Origin: Anaerolineae bacterium
GTDB lineage: Bacteria > Chloroflexota > Anaerolineae > 4572-78 > NAK82
DNA length: 54,991 nucleotides
Assembly: GCA_049969215.1 (NCBI GenBank)
Contig: JBMFPH010000001.1
Coordinates: 1-54,991 of the forward strand
Direction: 5' to 3'
Shown: in pieces, positions 10,795 to 21,139 of the stretch
Position numbering within the stretch: the first letter of the stretch is position 1
How the letters are laid out: each line of letters opens with the position of its first letter
The notes under the pieces: model-generated
The model's database searches: none
The model's input: only the letters and a program-made list of their open reading frames with translations
Told to the model about the DNA's origin: nothing
Program-made: the position numbers and the translations under genes

Positions 10795-11223
10795 ATGCTA
10801 GCTTGTCGAGGCGTGCGAGGTGCCACCACGTGCGAAGCAAACACCCGCGAAGCCATCTTAGTGGCCACACGCGAATTGTTGATCCAAATGATCGAACGTA
10901 ATGGGATTGCTAAGACCGATATTGCCAGTGTCTTCTTTACCACCAGTCCCGACCTTACGGCCGAATTTCCGGCAGTGGCAGCGCGCGAGTTAGGATGGAA
11001 CCATGTGGCAATGCTATGTGCCCATGAGATTGCCGTGCCTCACGGATTACGTCGTTGTATACGGGTGATGATACATTGGAACACGGAAAAACTCCCTGAA
11101 GAGATCCAGCATGTCTACTTGCATGAAGCTGTTAGTTTGCGCCCTGACTGGTCGGAAGTAAGCAGTGGAGGACACCGGTCGCAGAATGCGAATGAAGCTA
11201 CGCCTGAATTGGTGAAAAAGTGA
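10795..11223 (+). CDS. aroH: AroH-class monofunctional chorismate mutase
   Basis: The N-terminal CRGVRGATT matches the RGIRGATT signature of B. subtilis AroH. ...[11 protein letters not shown]... and CIRVMIHW are collinear with AroH. The RBS is GAGGAAAGG. Confidence 0.88.
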   Translation: MLACRGVRGATTCEANTREAILVATRELLIQMIERNGIAKTDIASVFFTTSPDLTAEFPAVAARELGWNHVAMLCAHEIAVPHGLRRCIRVMIHWNTEKLPEEIQHVYLHEAVSLRPDWSEVSSGGHRSQNANEATPELVKK

Positions 11224-11238
11224 CGAAGGGGTGAACCG

Positions 11239-12252
11239 ATGATCATTGTGATGCGCATGGGCGCTACCCAGCAGGAGATTGAGAGTGTAATTGCTCGTGT
11301 ACATGAGTTGGGCTTCCGCACCCATCTATCGCAAGGTGAGGAACGCACCATCATTGGAGTCATTGGCGATGAGCGTCCCGTCGACAAAGATAGTCTGGCG
11401 CGCATGCAAGGTGTGGAGCGGATCGTGCCTATCCTGCGTCCATTTAAGCTGGCCAGCCGCGATTTCCAGCCGCACGATTCCATCATTGAGATTGCTGGCC
11501 ATCCCGTAGGAGGAAAACGCCTTACAATTATGGCTGGCCCTTGTGCTGTTGAAAGCCGCGAGCAAATCTTGGAAACGGCGCAGCTGGTCAAAGAAGCTGG
11601 GGCTCATATGCTACGTGGCGGCGCCTTCAAGCCAAGGACTTCTCCTTACAGCTTTCAAGGACTAGGTGAGGAAGCGCTCGTTTATCTGGCCGAAGCACGC
11701 GAGCTCACCGGCCTGCCCGTTGTGACCGAGGTGATGTCGCCCGAGCAAGTGCCACTGGTAGCCAAGTATGCCGACATTTTACAGATTGGCACGCGTAACA
11801 TGCAGAATTATGCCTTATTGCATGCGGTTGGTGAAGCTGGTTTCCCCGTGCTACTCAAAAGGGGCATGATGTCCACCATTGAAGAGTTGTTGATGAGTGC
11901 TGAGTACATATTGTCGCACGGTAATCGCAAAGTGATCCTGTGTGAGCGGGGTATCCGCACATTCGAAACCTACACGCGCAACACACTGGACATCAATGCT
12001 GTGCCAGTGCTCAAAGAGCTAACTCATCTGCCTGTAGTCGTGGACCCCAGCCATGCCACGGGCAAGTGGAATTTGGTCAGCGCCGTCTCGCGAGCCTCGA
12101 TTGCAGCTGGTGCGGATGGATTGATCATCGAAGTGCACCCACATCCCGAAAAAGCTCTCTCCGATGGGGGGCAATCCTTGCGTGCTGCACGTTTCGCCGA
12201 GCTGATGAAACAGTTGGAGCGTGTCGCCGAGGCGGTTGGGCGTACAATGTGA
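11239..12252 (+). CDS. type I-beta 3-deoxy-7-phosphoheptulonate (DAHP) synthase with N-terminal ferredoxin-like/ACT-like regulatory domain
   Basis: The N-terminal ~75 aa ([26 protein letters not shown]...GVIGD) resembles the Thermotoga-type regulatory domain. The catalytic motifs are [13 protein letters not shown] and VVDPSHATG. Confidence 0.9.
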   Translation: MIIVMRMGATQQEIESVIARVHELGFRTHLSQGEERTIIGVIGDERPVDKDSLARMQGVERIVPILRPFKLASRDFQPHDSIIEIAGHPVGGKRLTIMAGPCAVESREQILETAQLVKEAGAHMLRGGAFKPRTSPYSFQGLGEEALVYLAEARELTGLPVVTEVMSPEQVPLVAKYADILQIGTRNMQNYALLHAVGEAGFPVLLKRGMMSTIEELLMSAEYILSHGNRKVILCERGIRTFETYTRNTLDINAVPVLKELTHLPVVVDPSHATGKWNLVSAVSRASIAAGADGLIIEVHPHPEKALSDGGQSLRAARFAELMKQLERVAEAVGRTM

Positions 12253-12355
12253 GAGTCGGTCGTGTCTTTCGACCCTGACACTATCCCACCTTGATTATGA
12301 GACGGCTATGGATAGCATGACAACATAGAACAATGTTTCTTATCAGGAGATTGCG

Positions 12356-14158
12356 ATGAATCGTGCTGAGTATGTGGAAAGCCGTTTATATCGCCTGCGC
12401 CATTCAGCTGCGCACGTTATGGCCCAAGCGGTGCTAGAGATGTTTCCGGAGGGCAAGCTGGCCATCGGTCCAGCCATTGAGGATGGCTTCTACTATGATT
12501 TCGATCTTCCTCGCTCACTGAATCCGGATGACTTGGTCGCTATCGAGAAGCGCATGCGCGAAATCATCGCGGCGGATTACAAGTTCGTGCGCCGCGAGAT
12601 CACGGCTGATGAGGCCCGCCAAGTTTTCGCCGATCAGCCCTACAAGCTAGAGCTGATAGAGGGTTTGGTGTCCGGTGATTTGGATGAGGACGGTGAAGCA
12701 TCCGGCTCTGGCGAATCCAGCGTGGTACTGACCACTTACCGCCACGATGGTTTTGAAGACCTCTGTCGTGGCCCACACCTGGAAAGCACAGGGCAGATCA
12801 ATCCGGACGGCATTAAACTGCTAAGGGTGGCCGGCGCCTACTGGCGTGGCGACGAGCGCAATCCCATGTTACAGCGTATCTATGGTACTGCCTGGGAGAC
12901 AGCTGAGGAGTTAGAATCGTATCTCAGGCGCCTGTCCGAGGCGGAAAAGCGAGATCATCGTCGCTTAGGCACTCAGCTCGATCTATTCAGCATTCATCCC
13001 GATCAGCTAGGAGGTGGCCTGATCCTGTGGCATCCCAGGGGAGCTTTGATCCGCCATTTGGTCGAGGACTTTTGCAAACGCGAACACCTTGCACACGGCT
13101 ACGATCTGGTCTATTCACCCCATATCGGTCGCAGCGCCCTTTGGGAGACGAGCGGACATCTGAGCTACTACCGCGAGAACATGTATGCACCTATGGAGAT
13201 TGAAGGGCAGCAATACTATTTGAAACCGATGAACTGCCCATTTCATATCTTGATTTATAAGAGCGCACTACGCAGCTATCGTGATTTGCCTTTGCGTTTC
13301 GCCGAGTGGGGCACCGTGTATCGCTATGAGCGCAGCGGCGTGTTACATGGCCTATTGCGGGTCCGTGGATTCACTCAGGATGACGCACACCACTTTTGCC
13401 GTCCCGATCAAATGCCCTCGGAGATCGACTTTGTACTCAACTTTTCACTCTATTTGCTTCGCTCTTTCGGCTTCAACGAATTCAGTGCCTATCTGAGCAC
13501 CCGCCCCAGTGAAAGCAAAGCTGTAGGTGATGTTGAACAGTGGCGCGCCGCTGAAAAAGCATTGGAAGACGCTCTCAAGCGCACCGGCATCCCTTACGAA
13601 ATAGACGAAGGAGGCGGCGCTTTCTACGGTCCTAAGATCGACCTTAAGGTGAGGGACGCAATCAATCGCGAGTGGCAGCTGACCACCATCCAGTTCGATT
13701 TTAACCTGCCGGAGCGTTTTGACCTAACTTATATGGGTGAGGATGGACAACCTCATCGTCCCTACATGGTGCACCGAGCACTGTTGGGCAGCATGGAGCG
13801 CTTCTTCGGTATTCTGATTGAACATTATGGAGGGGCATTCCCTGTCTGGCTTGCGCCCATCCAGGCAGTGCTCATCCCGATCGCCGACCGACATCTTGCA
13901 TATGCTCGCCAGGTAGCAGCTCAAATGAAAGCGGCTGGCCTGCGTGCCGAGGTCGATGAGGGTAGCGACCGCATGGCCAATAAAATTCGCAAAGCCCAAG
14001 AACAGAAGATCCCCTATATGTTGGTGGTGGGCGACCGCGAAGTGGAAGCCGGCACGGTCGCCGTGCGGTTGCGCAGCGGACAGGATCTGGGTCCTAAGCC
14101 AGTTGGCGAGCTGCTTGCGATGATCCAGGAAGCAGTTGCCGCCAAATCGAGCGTATAG
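12356..14158 (+). CDS. thrS: threonine--tRNA ligase lacking the N-terminal TGS domain
   Basis: It begins directly at the editing/SAD region (RLRHSAAHVMAQAV). The class II core motifs are FRYE..., GFTQDDAHHF and FYGPKIDL. A C-terminal anticodon-binding domain is present. Confidence 0.93.
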   Translation: MNRAEYVESRLYRLRHSAAHVMAQAVLEMFPEGKLAIGPAIEDGFYYDFDLPRSLNPDDLVAIEKRMREIIAADYKFVRREITADEARQVFADQPYKLELIEGLVSGDLDEDGEASGSGESSVVLTTYRHDGFEDLCRGPHLESTGQINPDGIKLLRVAGAYWRGDERNPMLQRIYGTAWETAEELESYLRRLSEAEKRDHRRLGTQLDLFSIHPDQLGGGLILWHPRGALIRHLVEDFCKREHLAHGYDLVYSPHIGRSALWETSGHLSYYRENMYAPMEIEGQQYYLKPMNCPFHILIYKSALRSYRDLPLRFAEWGTVYRYERSGVLHGLLRVRGFTQDDAHHFCRPDQMPSEIDFVLNFSLYLLRSFGFNEFSAYLSTRPSESKAVGDVEQWRAAEKALEDALKRTGIPYEIDEGGGAFYGPKIDLKVRDAINREWQLTTIQFDFNLPERFDLTYMGEDGQPHRPYMVHRALLGSMERFFGILIEHYGGAFPVWLAPIQAVLIPIADRHLAYARQVAAQMKAAGLRAEVDEGSDRMANKIRKAQEQKIPYMLVVGDREVEAGTVAVRLRSGQDLGPKPVGELLAMIQEAVAAKSSV

Positions 14159-14191
14159 CTGGGCTCCTGGCTCTATCGTCAGGTATCCGGT

Positions 14192-15340
14192 TCATAACAA
14201 AGGCAGCGGAATCCAACGCCTTTCGCGCGAAGAACGATAGGCAGCTTCCATAATTTCTTGCACGCGTACACCGTCTTCAAAATCGGGCGGACCTGGCTGG
14301 CCCTTCACCAAGCTGGTGATAAAGTCGAACTGACTGGCAATATGGTAGCGCAACCAGCCGATCGCAAACTTGGGGCCAGGCAATACAGCTGGTGCCGGAT
14401 AGCGTTGCACACTTTCGATCGCCTTGAATCCACGATTGCCTCCCAGGGGTGCTTCCGGATCACGTGCGTCGAATACATATAGCCAGTTGGGATCCATTAG
14501 GTTGAAACGCAACGCCCCCAGCTGGCCATAAATCTCAACCTGCATCTCATCATTCGTGCCTGTTGCCAGCCGGCTGGCTTCGACTGTACCAATGGCGCCG
14601 TTCGCGGCACGCAACGTCAATACAGCCAAATCGTCCACCGTCACAGGGACGCGTCGATCAGGCTGTCCAGGGAGCGGACGCTCTTTAATAAATGTTTCCA
14701 TGGCGGCAAAAACTTCTACGAAATCGCCTAACAGAAAGCATAGTAAGTCAAGCACATGGGAACCCAGATCGACCAGCGCACCGCCGCCTGCCGCAGCGTC
14801 CAGGCGCCAAGACATCGGACGGTTGGGATCGACATATCCTGAGTGGCGATAGCACGCACGGAAGCCAAAAACCTGCCCCAGGAATCCATCTTCGACCAGC
14901 TGCTTGGCGCGCATCAGGGCAGGCACAAATCGCAGGTGAAAGGTCATACGGTGCTGCTTGCCAGAGCGCTGCGCTTCGGCCAACATTTCGCGTGCCTGGA
15001 TCAGGTTCGCCGCGAGCGGTTTATCGCAGTACACGTGCTTGCCCGCCCGCAGTGCTGTCATCACCACTTCATAATGCAGGTGATTGGGTACACAACAATC
15101 GATGACGTCAATATCCTCACGCGTGATCACCTCACGCCAGTCGGTGCTGCCAAACGCATACCCGGCCTGATCGATGGCCTTCTGCACCGACTCACGGCTG
15201 GCTGCGCTCACACCCACCAACCTGACCCGCGCCGGCATCGGGTCGTATATTAGCGGCAACGACTGATAGGCCAGTGTATGCACTTTGCCGATGAAACCAT
15301 ATCCGATCAGCCCAATTCGGATCTCCGGAAGCGCACCCAT
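14192..15340 (-). CDS. Gfo/Idh/MocA family oxidoreductase
   Basis: N-terminal Rossmann motif IGLIGYGFIGKVH, the EKP-like motif (CDKPLA), and an alpha/beta C-terminal domain typical of the family. Confidence 0.85.
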   Translation of the reverse strand: MGALPEIRIGLIGYGFIGKVHTLAYQSLPLIYDPMPARVRLVGVSAASRESVQKAIDQAGYAFGSTDWREVITREDIDVIDCCVPNHLHYEVVMTALRAGKHVYCDKPLAANLIQAREMLAEAQRSGKQHRMTFHLRFVPALMRAKQLVEDGFLGQVFGFRACYRHSGYVDPNRPMSWRLDAAAGGGALVDLGSHVLDLLCFLLGDFVEVFAAMETFIKERPLPGQPDRRVPVTVDDLAVLTLRAANGAIGTVEASRLATGTNDEMQVEIYGQLGALRFNLMDPNWLYVFDARDPEAPLGGNRGFKAIESVQRYPAPAVLPGPKFAIGWLRYHIASQFDFITSLVKGQPGPPDFEDGVRVQEIMEAAYRSSRERRWIPLPLL

Positions 15341-15406
15341 TCGCCATCACCTCACCAACTGAAAGTTCTATCCGATCGTTTACCCTGGTTGCAACCCATT
15401 TTCGGC

Positions 15407-16876
15407 TTACAAAGTCTTCAAGAGACCCGTGCGTTCGTTGAACTGCTTGATCAGCTCGTCAATCTGTTCCACCTGATTTTGGATATCCGTCCAATAATTC
15501 GGGTCGTACCACTGCGCTTCGAGCTCCTCGGCGCTCTTGCCCTGCTGCTCCACCCATGTGTAATACTTCAGGTTGTGAATGCGTTTGCGGTCGTAGTAAC
15601 TCAATTCTTCCACATACTCGATCCCTTGACCCCGCAAATAGCGATGATACGCGATGATGGCACCCTCACGGGTGAATGCACCGCGCTCTGCAGTCAACTC
15701 GCGCAGCCGGCTGGCATACATCTCCATCGAGTCGGTCAACACCGTCAGCACGACATCGTGGTTGCCCAGCTCATAATAACGCGCAAACTTGATGGACGAC
15801 AACAGGTTGGCAACCCCAGAAATGCCCAGCAAGGGCAAGCTCGCGATCATCTGTTCCGGGACGCCCTGAGAAGCGAGATAAGCTTGCCCGGCCGGCTCGT
15901 TGAATAGGCGAATGAGTTGCATCGTGGCTTCGTCGTCGATTGCCATCACCATATCCGTATTCCTGATATTATGGATCCAAGGGACATGCTTATCACCGAT
16001 ACCCTCAATACGATGAGCGCCGAACCCGTTGTACATTAATGTGGGACACTGCAATGCCTCGCTGGCAGCGATTTTGCTGGTCGGGAAAACTTGCTTTAGG
16101 TAGTCGCCACACCCGATTGTGCCCGCTGAACCGGTGGTCAGAACCACGCCCCGGTAGGCGTCGCCGGGGCGCAGCGTTTGCTGCAACACTTCCTCCATTG
16201 CATGACCGGTGACGTAATAATGCCACAAGTAATTGCCCATTTCATCGAACTGGTTAAAGATCACAATATCCTCACCAGACCGGCGCAGCTCCCAACACTT
16301 GTCGAAAATCTCCTTGACGTTACTCTCTGTCCCTGGGGTCTTGATCACCTCTCCAGCTACAGAGGCGAGCCACGCGAAGCGCTCCTGACTCATCCCTTCC
16401 GGCAGGATGGCGATGGAATCGCAGCCCAGCAATGCGGAGTCGTATGCACCCCCTCGACAGTAATTCCCGGTTGATGGCCACGCAGCTTTTTGGGTGGTCG
16501 GATCAAATTGGCCGGTGACCAGACGCGGCACCAAACACCCAAAAGCTGCGCCTACCTTATGGGCACCCGTCGGGAACCATTTACCCACCAAGGCAATGAT
16601 GCGCGCCTCAACTCCGGTCAAAGAGGGGGGAAATTCGAGATAGTTTACACTACCAAATCCCCCTCCGCTGGCCACAGGTTCGTTCTTCCACGTAATACGG
16701 AATAGATTGAACGGGTTGATATCCCAGAGGCCGATGCTCGCGAGCCTGCGTTTGATCGCTTCAGGGACAGTTGTCGGATCGCGCTGTTGGGCAAACGTGG
16801 GAATAATAATGCCACGCTCCCGTGCGCGTTGCACCGCCCGAGCAAGGCGATCTTCGTGAATGCTCATATCAATCAT
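15407..16876 (-). CDS. fold-type II (Trp-synthase-beta superfamily) PLP-dependent enzyme with N- and C-terminal extensions, function unknown
   Basis: Candidate PLP-lysine context FPTGAHKVGAAFG and a glycine-rich phosphate loop TTGSAGTIG. At 489 aa it is longer than cysteine synthase-type enzymes. Confidence 0.65.
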   Translation of the reverse strand: MIDMSIHEDRLARAVQRARERGIIIPTFAQQRDPTTVPEAIKRRLASIGLWDINPFNLFRITWKNEPVASGGGFGSVNYLEFPPSLTGVEARIIALVGKWFPTGAHKVGAAFGCLVPRLVTGQFDPTTQKAAWPSTGNYCRGGAYDSALLGCDSIAILPEGMSQERFAWLASVAGEVIKTPGTESNVKEIFDKCWELRRSGEDIVIFNQFDEMGNYLWHYYVTGHAMEEVLQQTLRPGDAYRGVVLTTGSAGTIGCGDYLKQVFPTSKIAASEALQCPTLMYNGFGAHRIEGIGDKHVPWIHNIRNTDMVMAIDDEATMQLIRLFNEPAGQAYLASQGVPEQMIASLPLLGISGVANLLSSIKFARYYELGNHDVVLTVLTDSMEMYASRLRELTAERGAFTREGAIIAYHRYLRGQGIEYVEELSYYDRKRIHNLKYYTWVEQQGKSAEELEAQWYDPNYWTDIQNQVEQIDELIKQFNERTGLLKTL

Positions 16877-16907
16877 AAAAGGGTTCTCCGCGAAATGGAT
16901 CTAGGCG

Positions 16908-17891
16908 TTACTGAGATGTTTGTTTCGTTGATGATGTTAGTGTTCCATCAAAACCGATTGTCTCGCGCAATATATACAATGGGCGTCCTTTCACCTCGTC
17001 ATAGATGCGCCCCAAGTATTCTCCTATGATGCCCAATGTGATGAGCTGCACACCCCCGATAAATAACACGCACACAAGGGTGGTCGCTTGCCCATAGAAA
17101 GGGGCAGCTCCCATAAAGAGACGTGCGAAGATGACCAGCACGGCGGCGACCGCGCTCAGTCCCGCGATGATGAAGCCAAGATAAGTGGCCAGTTGCAGGG
17201 GGAGGTAACTGAATCCGGTAATAGCGTCCAAGGCGAACTTGAACATCTTGCGGAAAGGGTAATGTGTCTGTCCAGCGAAACGTTCCTCGCGCACGTAGTG
17301 GACACCAGTCTGGCGAAATCCCACCCAGCTGGTCATACCCCGGATGAAGCGATGGCGTTCGCGCATCTGCTTGAGAGCTTCCACCACTTTGCGATCCATC
17401 AGGCGGAAGTCACCCGTGTCCAGCGGGATCTTGACATCAGTGATGCGATAGATCAGGCGATAGAACAGAGACGCAGTGAACTTCTTGAACCAACTTTCTC
17501 CTTTGCGATGGATGCGCACGGCATAAACAACTTCGTAACCTTCTTTCCATTTCTGAACCATGTCCAGGATAACTTGTGGAGGATCTTGCAGGTCCGCATC
17601 GATGATCACCACAGCATCACCCCTGGCGAAGTCCAGGCCAGCCGTGACAGCGATTTGGTGGCCGAAGTTGCGTGCAAAGTCCACAATCTTGACCCGCGGA
17701 TCGCGTTGATGGAGCTCACGCATGATTTCAGGGGTACGGTCGTGGCTGCCGTCGTTTACCAGCACCAACTCCCAAGGTTCGCCAATACTGTCCATTACAG
17801 CGCTGATGCGCTTGTGCAGCTCATATAGTACCCCTTCCTCATTGTAGCACGGGGCGATAATCGAATAGCGCGGCCGTTCTGTCACAGGCAT
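16908..17891 (-). CDS. family 2 glycosyltransferase (polyprenyl-phosphate sugar transferase-like) with two C-terminal TM helices
   Basis: [11 protein letters not shown] start, DGSHDRT, and [10 protein letters not shown] (DxD region). Two hydrophobic helices lie near the C-terminus. The internal ATG 17891 follows GGAGAG and avoids overlap with the upstream gene. Confidence 0.85.
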   Translation of the reverse strand: MPVTERPRYSIIAPCYNEEGVLYELHKRISAVMDSIGEPWELVLVNDGSHDRTPEIMRELHQRDPRVKIVDFARNFGHQIAVTAGLDFARGDAVVIIDADLQDPPQVILDMVQKWKEGYEVVYAVRIHRKGESWFKKFTASLFYRLIYRITDVKIPLDTGDFRLMDRKVVEALKQMRERHRFIRGMTSWVGFRQTGVHYVREERFAGQTHYPFRKMFKFALDAITGFSYLPLQLATYLGFIIAGLSAVAAVLVIFARLFMGAAPFYGQATTLVCVLFIGGVQLITLGIIGEYLGRIYDEVKGRPLYILRETIGFDGTLTSSTKQTSQ

Positions 17892-17935
17892 CTCTCCTAA
17901 TAAAGCTTGCGATTTACGATTCGCACCCCATGGCC

Positions 17936-19243
17936 TCATCGCGCGAGGTAAGAAGATGCTCCCTCAAGGCTTTGTCGCACTGCCCTTCTAACGTCCTCGA
18001 ATGTCTTCTCGATTACGTGCGCATGTATGCCGACCTGTTCAACAGATTTCATGGCATTTTGCACATCCTTGAGCCCGTTTCCAGTAACCAACACAACAAT
18101 GCGTTCGTCAGCACGTACTTGTCCACTGTTCAACGCCTTCAGCAATCCGGCATAGGCAGCAGCACCCGCTGGCTCAGCAAAGACTCCGCTACCACGTGCC
18201 AAAGCCGGTATCGCTTCCAAGATTTCTTCGTCACTCACACGGATGAAAACGCCATTCGTGTCACACACCGCCGCCATAGCTTTCAGGCGGTCGCGTGGCA
18301 GACCGGCGCTGATACTATCGGCGACAGTATGCGCTTCAATGGGTGGTTTGGTCAGCACATTCTCACGGTTGACCCAGGCATCATAGAGGTAAGCAGAACC
18401 TGCAGCTTGCACGCCCATCAAGCGTGGTATATGCTCGATCCAACCCAAGGCGTACAAATCCCTCAAACCCTTGTGCAGCCCGCCAATGATACAGCCGTCA
18501 CCGACACTGACGAAGATAGCATCTGGCGGTTGCCACCCCATTTGCTCACATATTTCCAGGGCGACAGTTTTCTTGCCTTCGGTCATATGGGGATTATAGG
18601 CTGTATTGCGATTGTACCATCCGTACTCTTGTGCAGCAAGGAGACACAGCTCAAAAGCGTCGTCGTAATTGCCCCGCACTAACATAACCTGGGAGCCAAA
18701 TACAAGCAGCTGCGCGATTTTGGCTGGTGGAGCGCTCTGGGGTACGAAGATTACATTGCGCTGACGTACGCTGGCGCATAAGCCAGCAAGGGCAGCACCA
18801 GCATTACCCGTACTGGCCGTTGTTATCACCTCTGATCCTTTCTCTCGAGCTTTCACAATTGCGATAGCACTGGCACGATCCTTGAGCGAACCGGTAGGCT
18901 GTCGGCCATCATCCTTGATCCACAAATGTTTGAGCCCCAGCTCAGCCGCGAGACGATTGGCGCGCATCAATGGTGTCCACCCTACAATCAAAGGCGGTAC
19001 CAGCGCATCGGCGCGAACTGGCAGCAACGGCTTATAACGCCACATAGAATAATCCGTGTTATGAAGCAGATCTCCTTGGCTGAGTCGGCGGGCGATCAAC
19101 TCATAGTCGTATTGGATATCTAAAATGCCTTCATTCCCATGGTATGGACAGACATACTCCACTTCGCCGGGTTGGTACTCTTTTCCGCAAATGAGACATC
19201 TCAAATTCGTAATGTGCTCAATGCCCGAGTTTTGTGACGGCAT
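17936..19243 (-). CDS. thrC: threonine synthase-like PLP enzyme with N-terminal zinc ribbon
   Basis: CLICGKEY...CPYHG zinc ribbon, [13 protein letters not shown]-lysine motif, and [10 protein letters not shown]. The length and architecture resemble archaeal-type ThrC. Confidence 0.75.
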   Translation of the reverse strand: MPSQNSGIEHITNLRCLICGKEYQPGEVEYVCPYHGNEGILDIQYDYELIARRLSQGDLLHNTDYSMWRYKPLLPVRADALVPPLIVGWTPLMRANRLAAELGLKHLWIKDDGRQPTGSLKDRASAIAIVKAREKGSEVITTASTGNAGAALAGLCASVRQRNVIFVPQSAPPAKIAQLLVFGSQVMLVRGNYDDAFELCLLAAQEYGWYNRNTAYNPHMTEGKKTVALEICEQMGWQPPDAIFVSVGDGCIIGGLHKGLRDLYALGWIEHIPRLMGVQAAGSAYLYDAWVNRENVLTKPPIEAHTVADSISAGLPRDRLKAMAAVCDTNGVFIRVSDEEILEAIPALARGSGVFAEPAGAAAYAGLLKALNSGQVRADERIVVLVTGNGLKDVQNAMKSVEQVGIHAHVIEKTFEDVRRAVRQSLEGASSYLAR

Positions 19244-19320
19244 TATCTTTCCCCCTGAGTGTCTGGAACAAGCTACACCAACAATACCTGAAGAGTCTTA
19301 TGAGTTTGCCTTAAACAGGA

Positions 19321-20052
19321 TTAGGCAGAAGCGTCTGCTGTTGACTGACACTGCTTATGATACTCCTCAATCATAGCGCGCAACTGGGCGATGTGCTCAC
19401 GTTCATGTTCCAGCATACGCCGGATCACCTTGCGCATTGTCCACTCCTCGCCCTGATGATGAACGACTCTTCCCCGCTCCGTTTCCGGCACAGCGCGCAA
19501 TCGTTCTAACGCGATCCCGCGTGTCGCTGCCAAACGATGCAGTGGTGCCTCTGGCCACTGCTTCAGGCGATCGGTATACCATAAATCAGATTCGGCCAGG
19601 TGACAAACAATCTGAGCGACCGACCAGGCGTCCTCAGACGGTCGCCAATCCCACATTTCCTGAGGCATGCAACGCAACAGATCCATTAGCTCCTGACGTG
19701 AGATTGCCATCCAACGGAAAAGTGTCTCCAATTCATTGGGCTGCATTGGATCGTAGTCGGTCACGAAAGTAGTGTCTTCGGTTTCTTGGAAATCTAATAG
19801 GATCGGTTCATCGGCCTTAGGAACGGGCTCTCCGACATCGCGCAACAGAGAGAGGTACTGCTGAACTGCAACACGGATGTTCTCTTTGGCTTCCTCAACA
19901 GTCTTGCCACGCGCAGAGGCACCGGGCAGGGCCGGCACATGCGCCGCTGGACCTTTCACCGTGACCGGGTCGCCACGTGTTTCGATATACACCAGATACC
20001 TGGCCATGTGCTCCTCCAAATCATCGAAGAAGATTTCGTGGAGTGTGCCCAT
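19321..20052 (-). CDS. HicB-like (UPF0150) N-terminal domain fused to a DinB_2-type four-helix-bundle domain
   Basis: The N-terminal ...YLVYIE...VPALPGASARGKTVEEAKENIRVAVQQYL resembles the HicB antitoxin fold. The C-terminal WSVAQIVCHLAESDLWY ... EHEREHIAQL gives a DinB-type His triad context. The internal ATG 20052 avoids overlap with arcC. Confidence 0.65.
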   Translation of the reverse strand: MGTLHEIFFDDLEEHMARYLVYIETRGDPVTVKGPAAHVPALPGASARGKTVEEAKENIRVAVQQYLSLLRDVGEPVPKADEPILLDFQETEDTTFVTDYDPMQPNELETLFRWMAISRQELMDLLRCMPQEMWDWRPSEDAWSVAQIVCHLAESDLWYTDRLKQWPEAPLHRLAATRGIALERLRAVPETERGRVVHHQGEEWTMRKVIRRMLEHEREHIAQLRAMIEEYHKQCQSTADASA

Positions 20053-20089
20053 CGTTGTCTCGAGGCGGATCGATGTAGGGAAGACAAAG

Positions 20090-21049
20090 CTAATCTGGCG
20101 TGATATGCGTGCCGGTCTCACCATTCAGGGCACGTTCGATGTTCTCCGGGTTGGTGATGATGGCGTACCGGCCGCCTCGCTCCAGGTAGTCGATGATCGC
20201 CTCTATTTTGGGCGCCATGCTTCCCTTCTTGAAGTGAACACCCTCGGCGAGATATCGCTTTGCCTCGCTCAGGGTCATGTGATTCAGCCAGTGTTGTTGC
20301 GGTGTGCCAAAGTGGAGAGCCACTTTTTCAACCGCGGTGCTGATAAGCAACAAATCGGCATTGAGCGACGAGGCGAGCAATCCGGAGGCGTAATCTTTAT
20401 CGATGACGGCTGCCACTCCCTTGAGATGGCCATGTTCGTCTGCCACCACGGGAATGCCACCACCTCCCACGGTGATGACCACTGCCCCGGCGTCCAGTAA
20501 CAGCTTGACCGCGTCCAGCTCCACTACACGTTTGGGCAAGGGGGAAGCGACAACACGTCGCCAGCCACGGCCAGCGTCTTCAATCACATTCCAGCCATCC
20601 TTCTCTTGACGTTCTCTCGCCAGTTCTTCGCTCATAAATGAGCCGATGGGTTTAGAGGGATTCTGCCAAGCCGGATCGTCACGATCCACCTCTACCTGAG
20701 TCACCACCGTCACCACCGGCTTAGCGATGCGCATATCCAGGAGGTGATTGCGTAGAGTCTGCTGGAGTGCATATCCAATGGCACCTTGCGTGTCAGCGCC
20801 ACATACATCGAGGGGAACTTCGTGCAATTCGTGACGTGCCAGTTCGGAACGTCGTAGAATGAAGCCTACTTGGGGACCATTTCCGTGGGTAAGCGCAATA
20901 TCCCACCCCATTCTGATCATCTGTGCAATATGGTAGGTGGTTTCATTAGCGGCTGCATATTGGTCTTCCACCGTCTGATGTGCCGAATCCTTGATGAGCG
21001 AATTGCCGCCAATCGCTACAACCGCAACTCTGCGCCTTGCGCTGTTCAT
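20090..21049 (-). CDS. arcC: carbamate kinase
   Basis: RVAVVAIGGNSL N-terminus, THGNGPQVG, and VITVGGGGIPV motifs. ATG 21049 follows GGAGAG. Confidence 0.92.
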   Translation of the reverse strand: MNSARRRVAVVAIGGNSLIKDSAHQTVEDQYAAANETTYHIAQMIRMGWDIALTHGNGPQVGFILRRSELARHELHEVPLDVCGADTQGAIGYALQQTLRNHLLDMRIAKPVVTVVTQVEVDRDDPAWQNPSKPIGSFMSEELARERQEKDGWNVIEDAGRGWRRVVASPLPKRVVELDAVKLLLDAGAVVITVGGGGIPVVADEHGHLKGVAAVIDKDYASGLLASSLNADLLLISTAVEKVALHFGTPQQHWLNHMTLSEAKRYLAEGVHFKKGSMAPKIEAIIDYLERGGRYAIITNPENIERALNGETGTHITPD

Positions 21050-21139
21050 AGTTTTTCTCTCCTGCACGCTATGAGCGTGCGCCTGGCCGGCGTCTCACAT
21101 CGCCCAGGCACCTCTTTCCAGGAATATTCTCCGAACGGA

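Noticed and set aside
19321-20052. A HicAB toxin-antitoxin system.
   Set aside because: Only a HicB-like domain is present, fused to a DinB domain. No HicA-sized ORF lies adjacent on either strand.
17892-20124. Longer ORF-track starts that create gene overlaps: GT2 at 17939, HicB-DinB at 20124, carbamate kinase at 21067, transketolase-like at 36198 and the 2-hydroxyacid dehydrogenase at 49425.
   Set aside because: In each case an internal start has a better RBS, matches the family N-terminus, and removes the overlap with a neighbouring gene or regulatory site.
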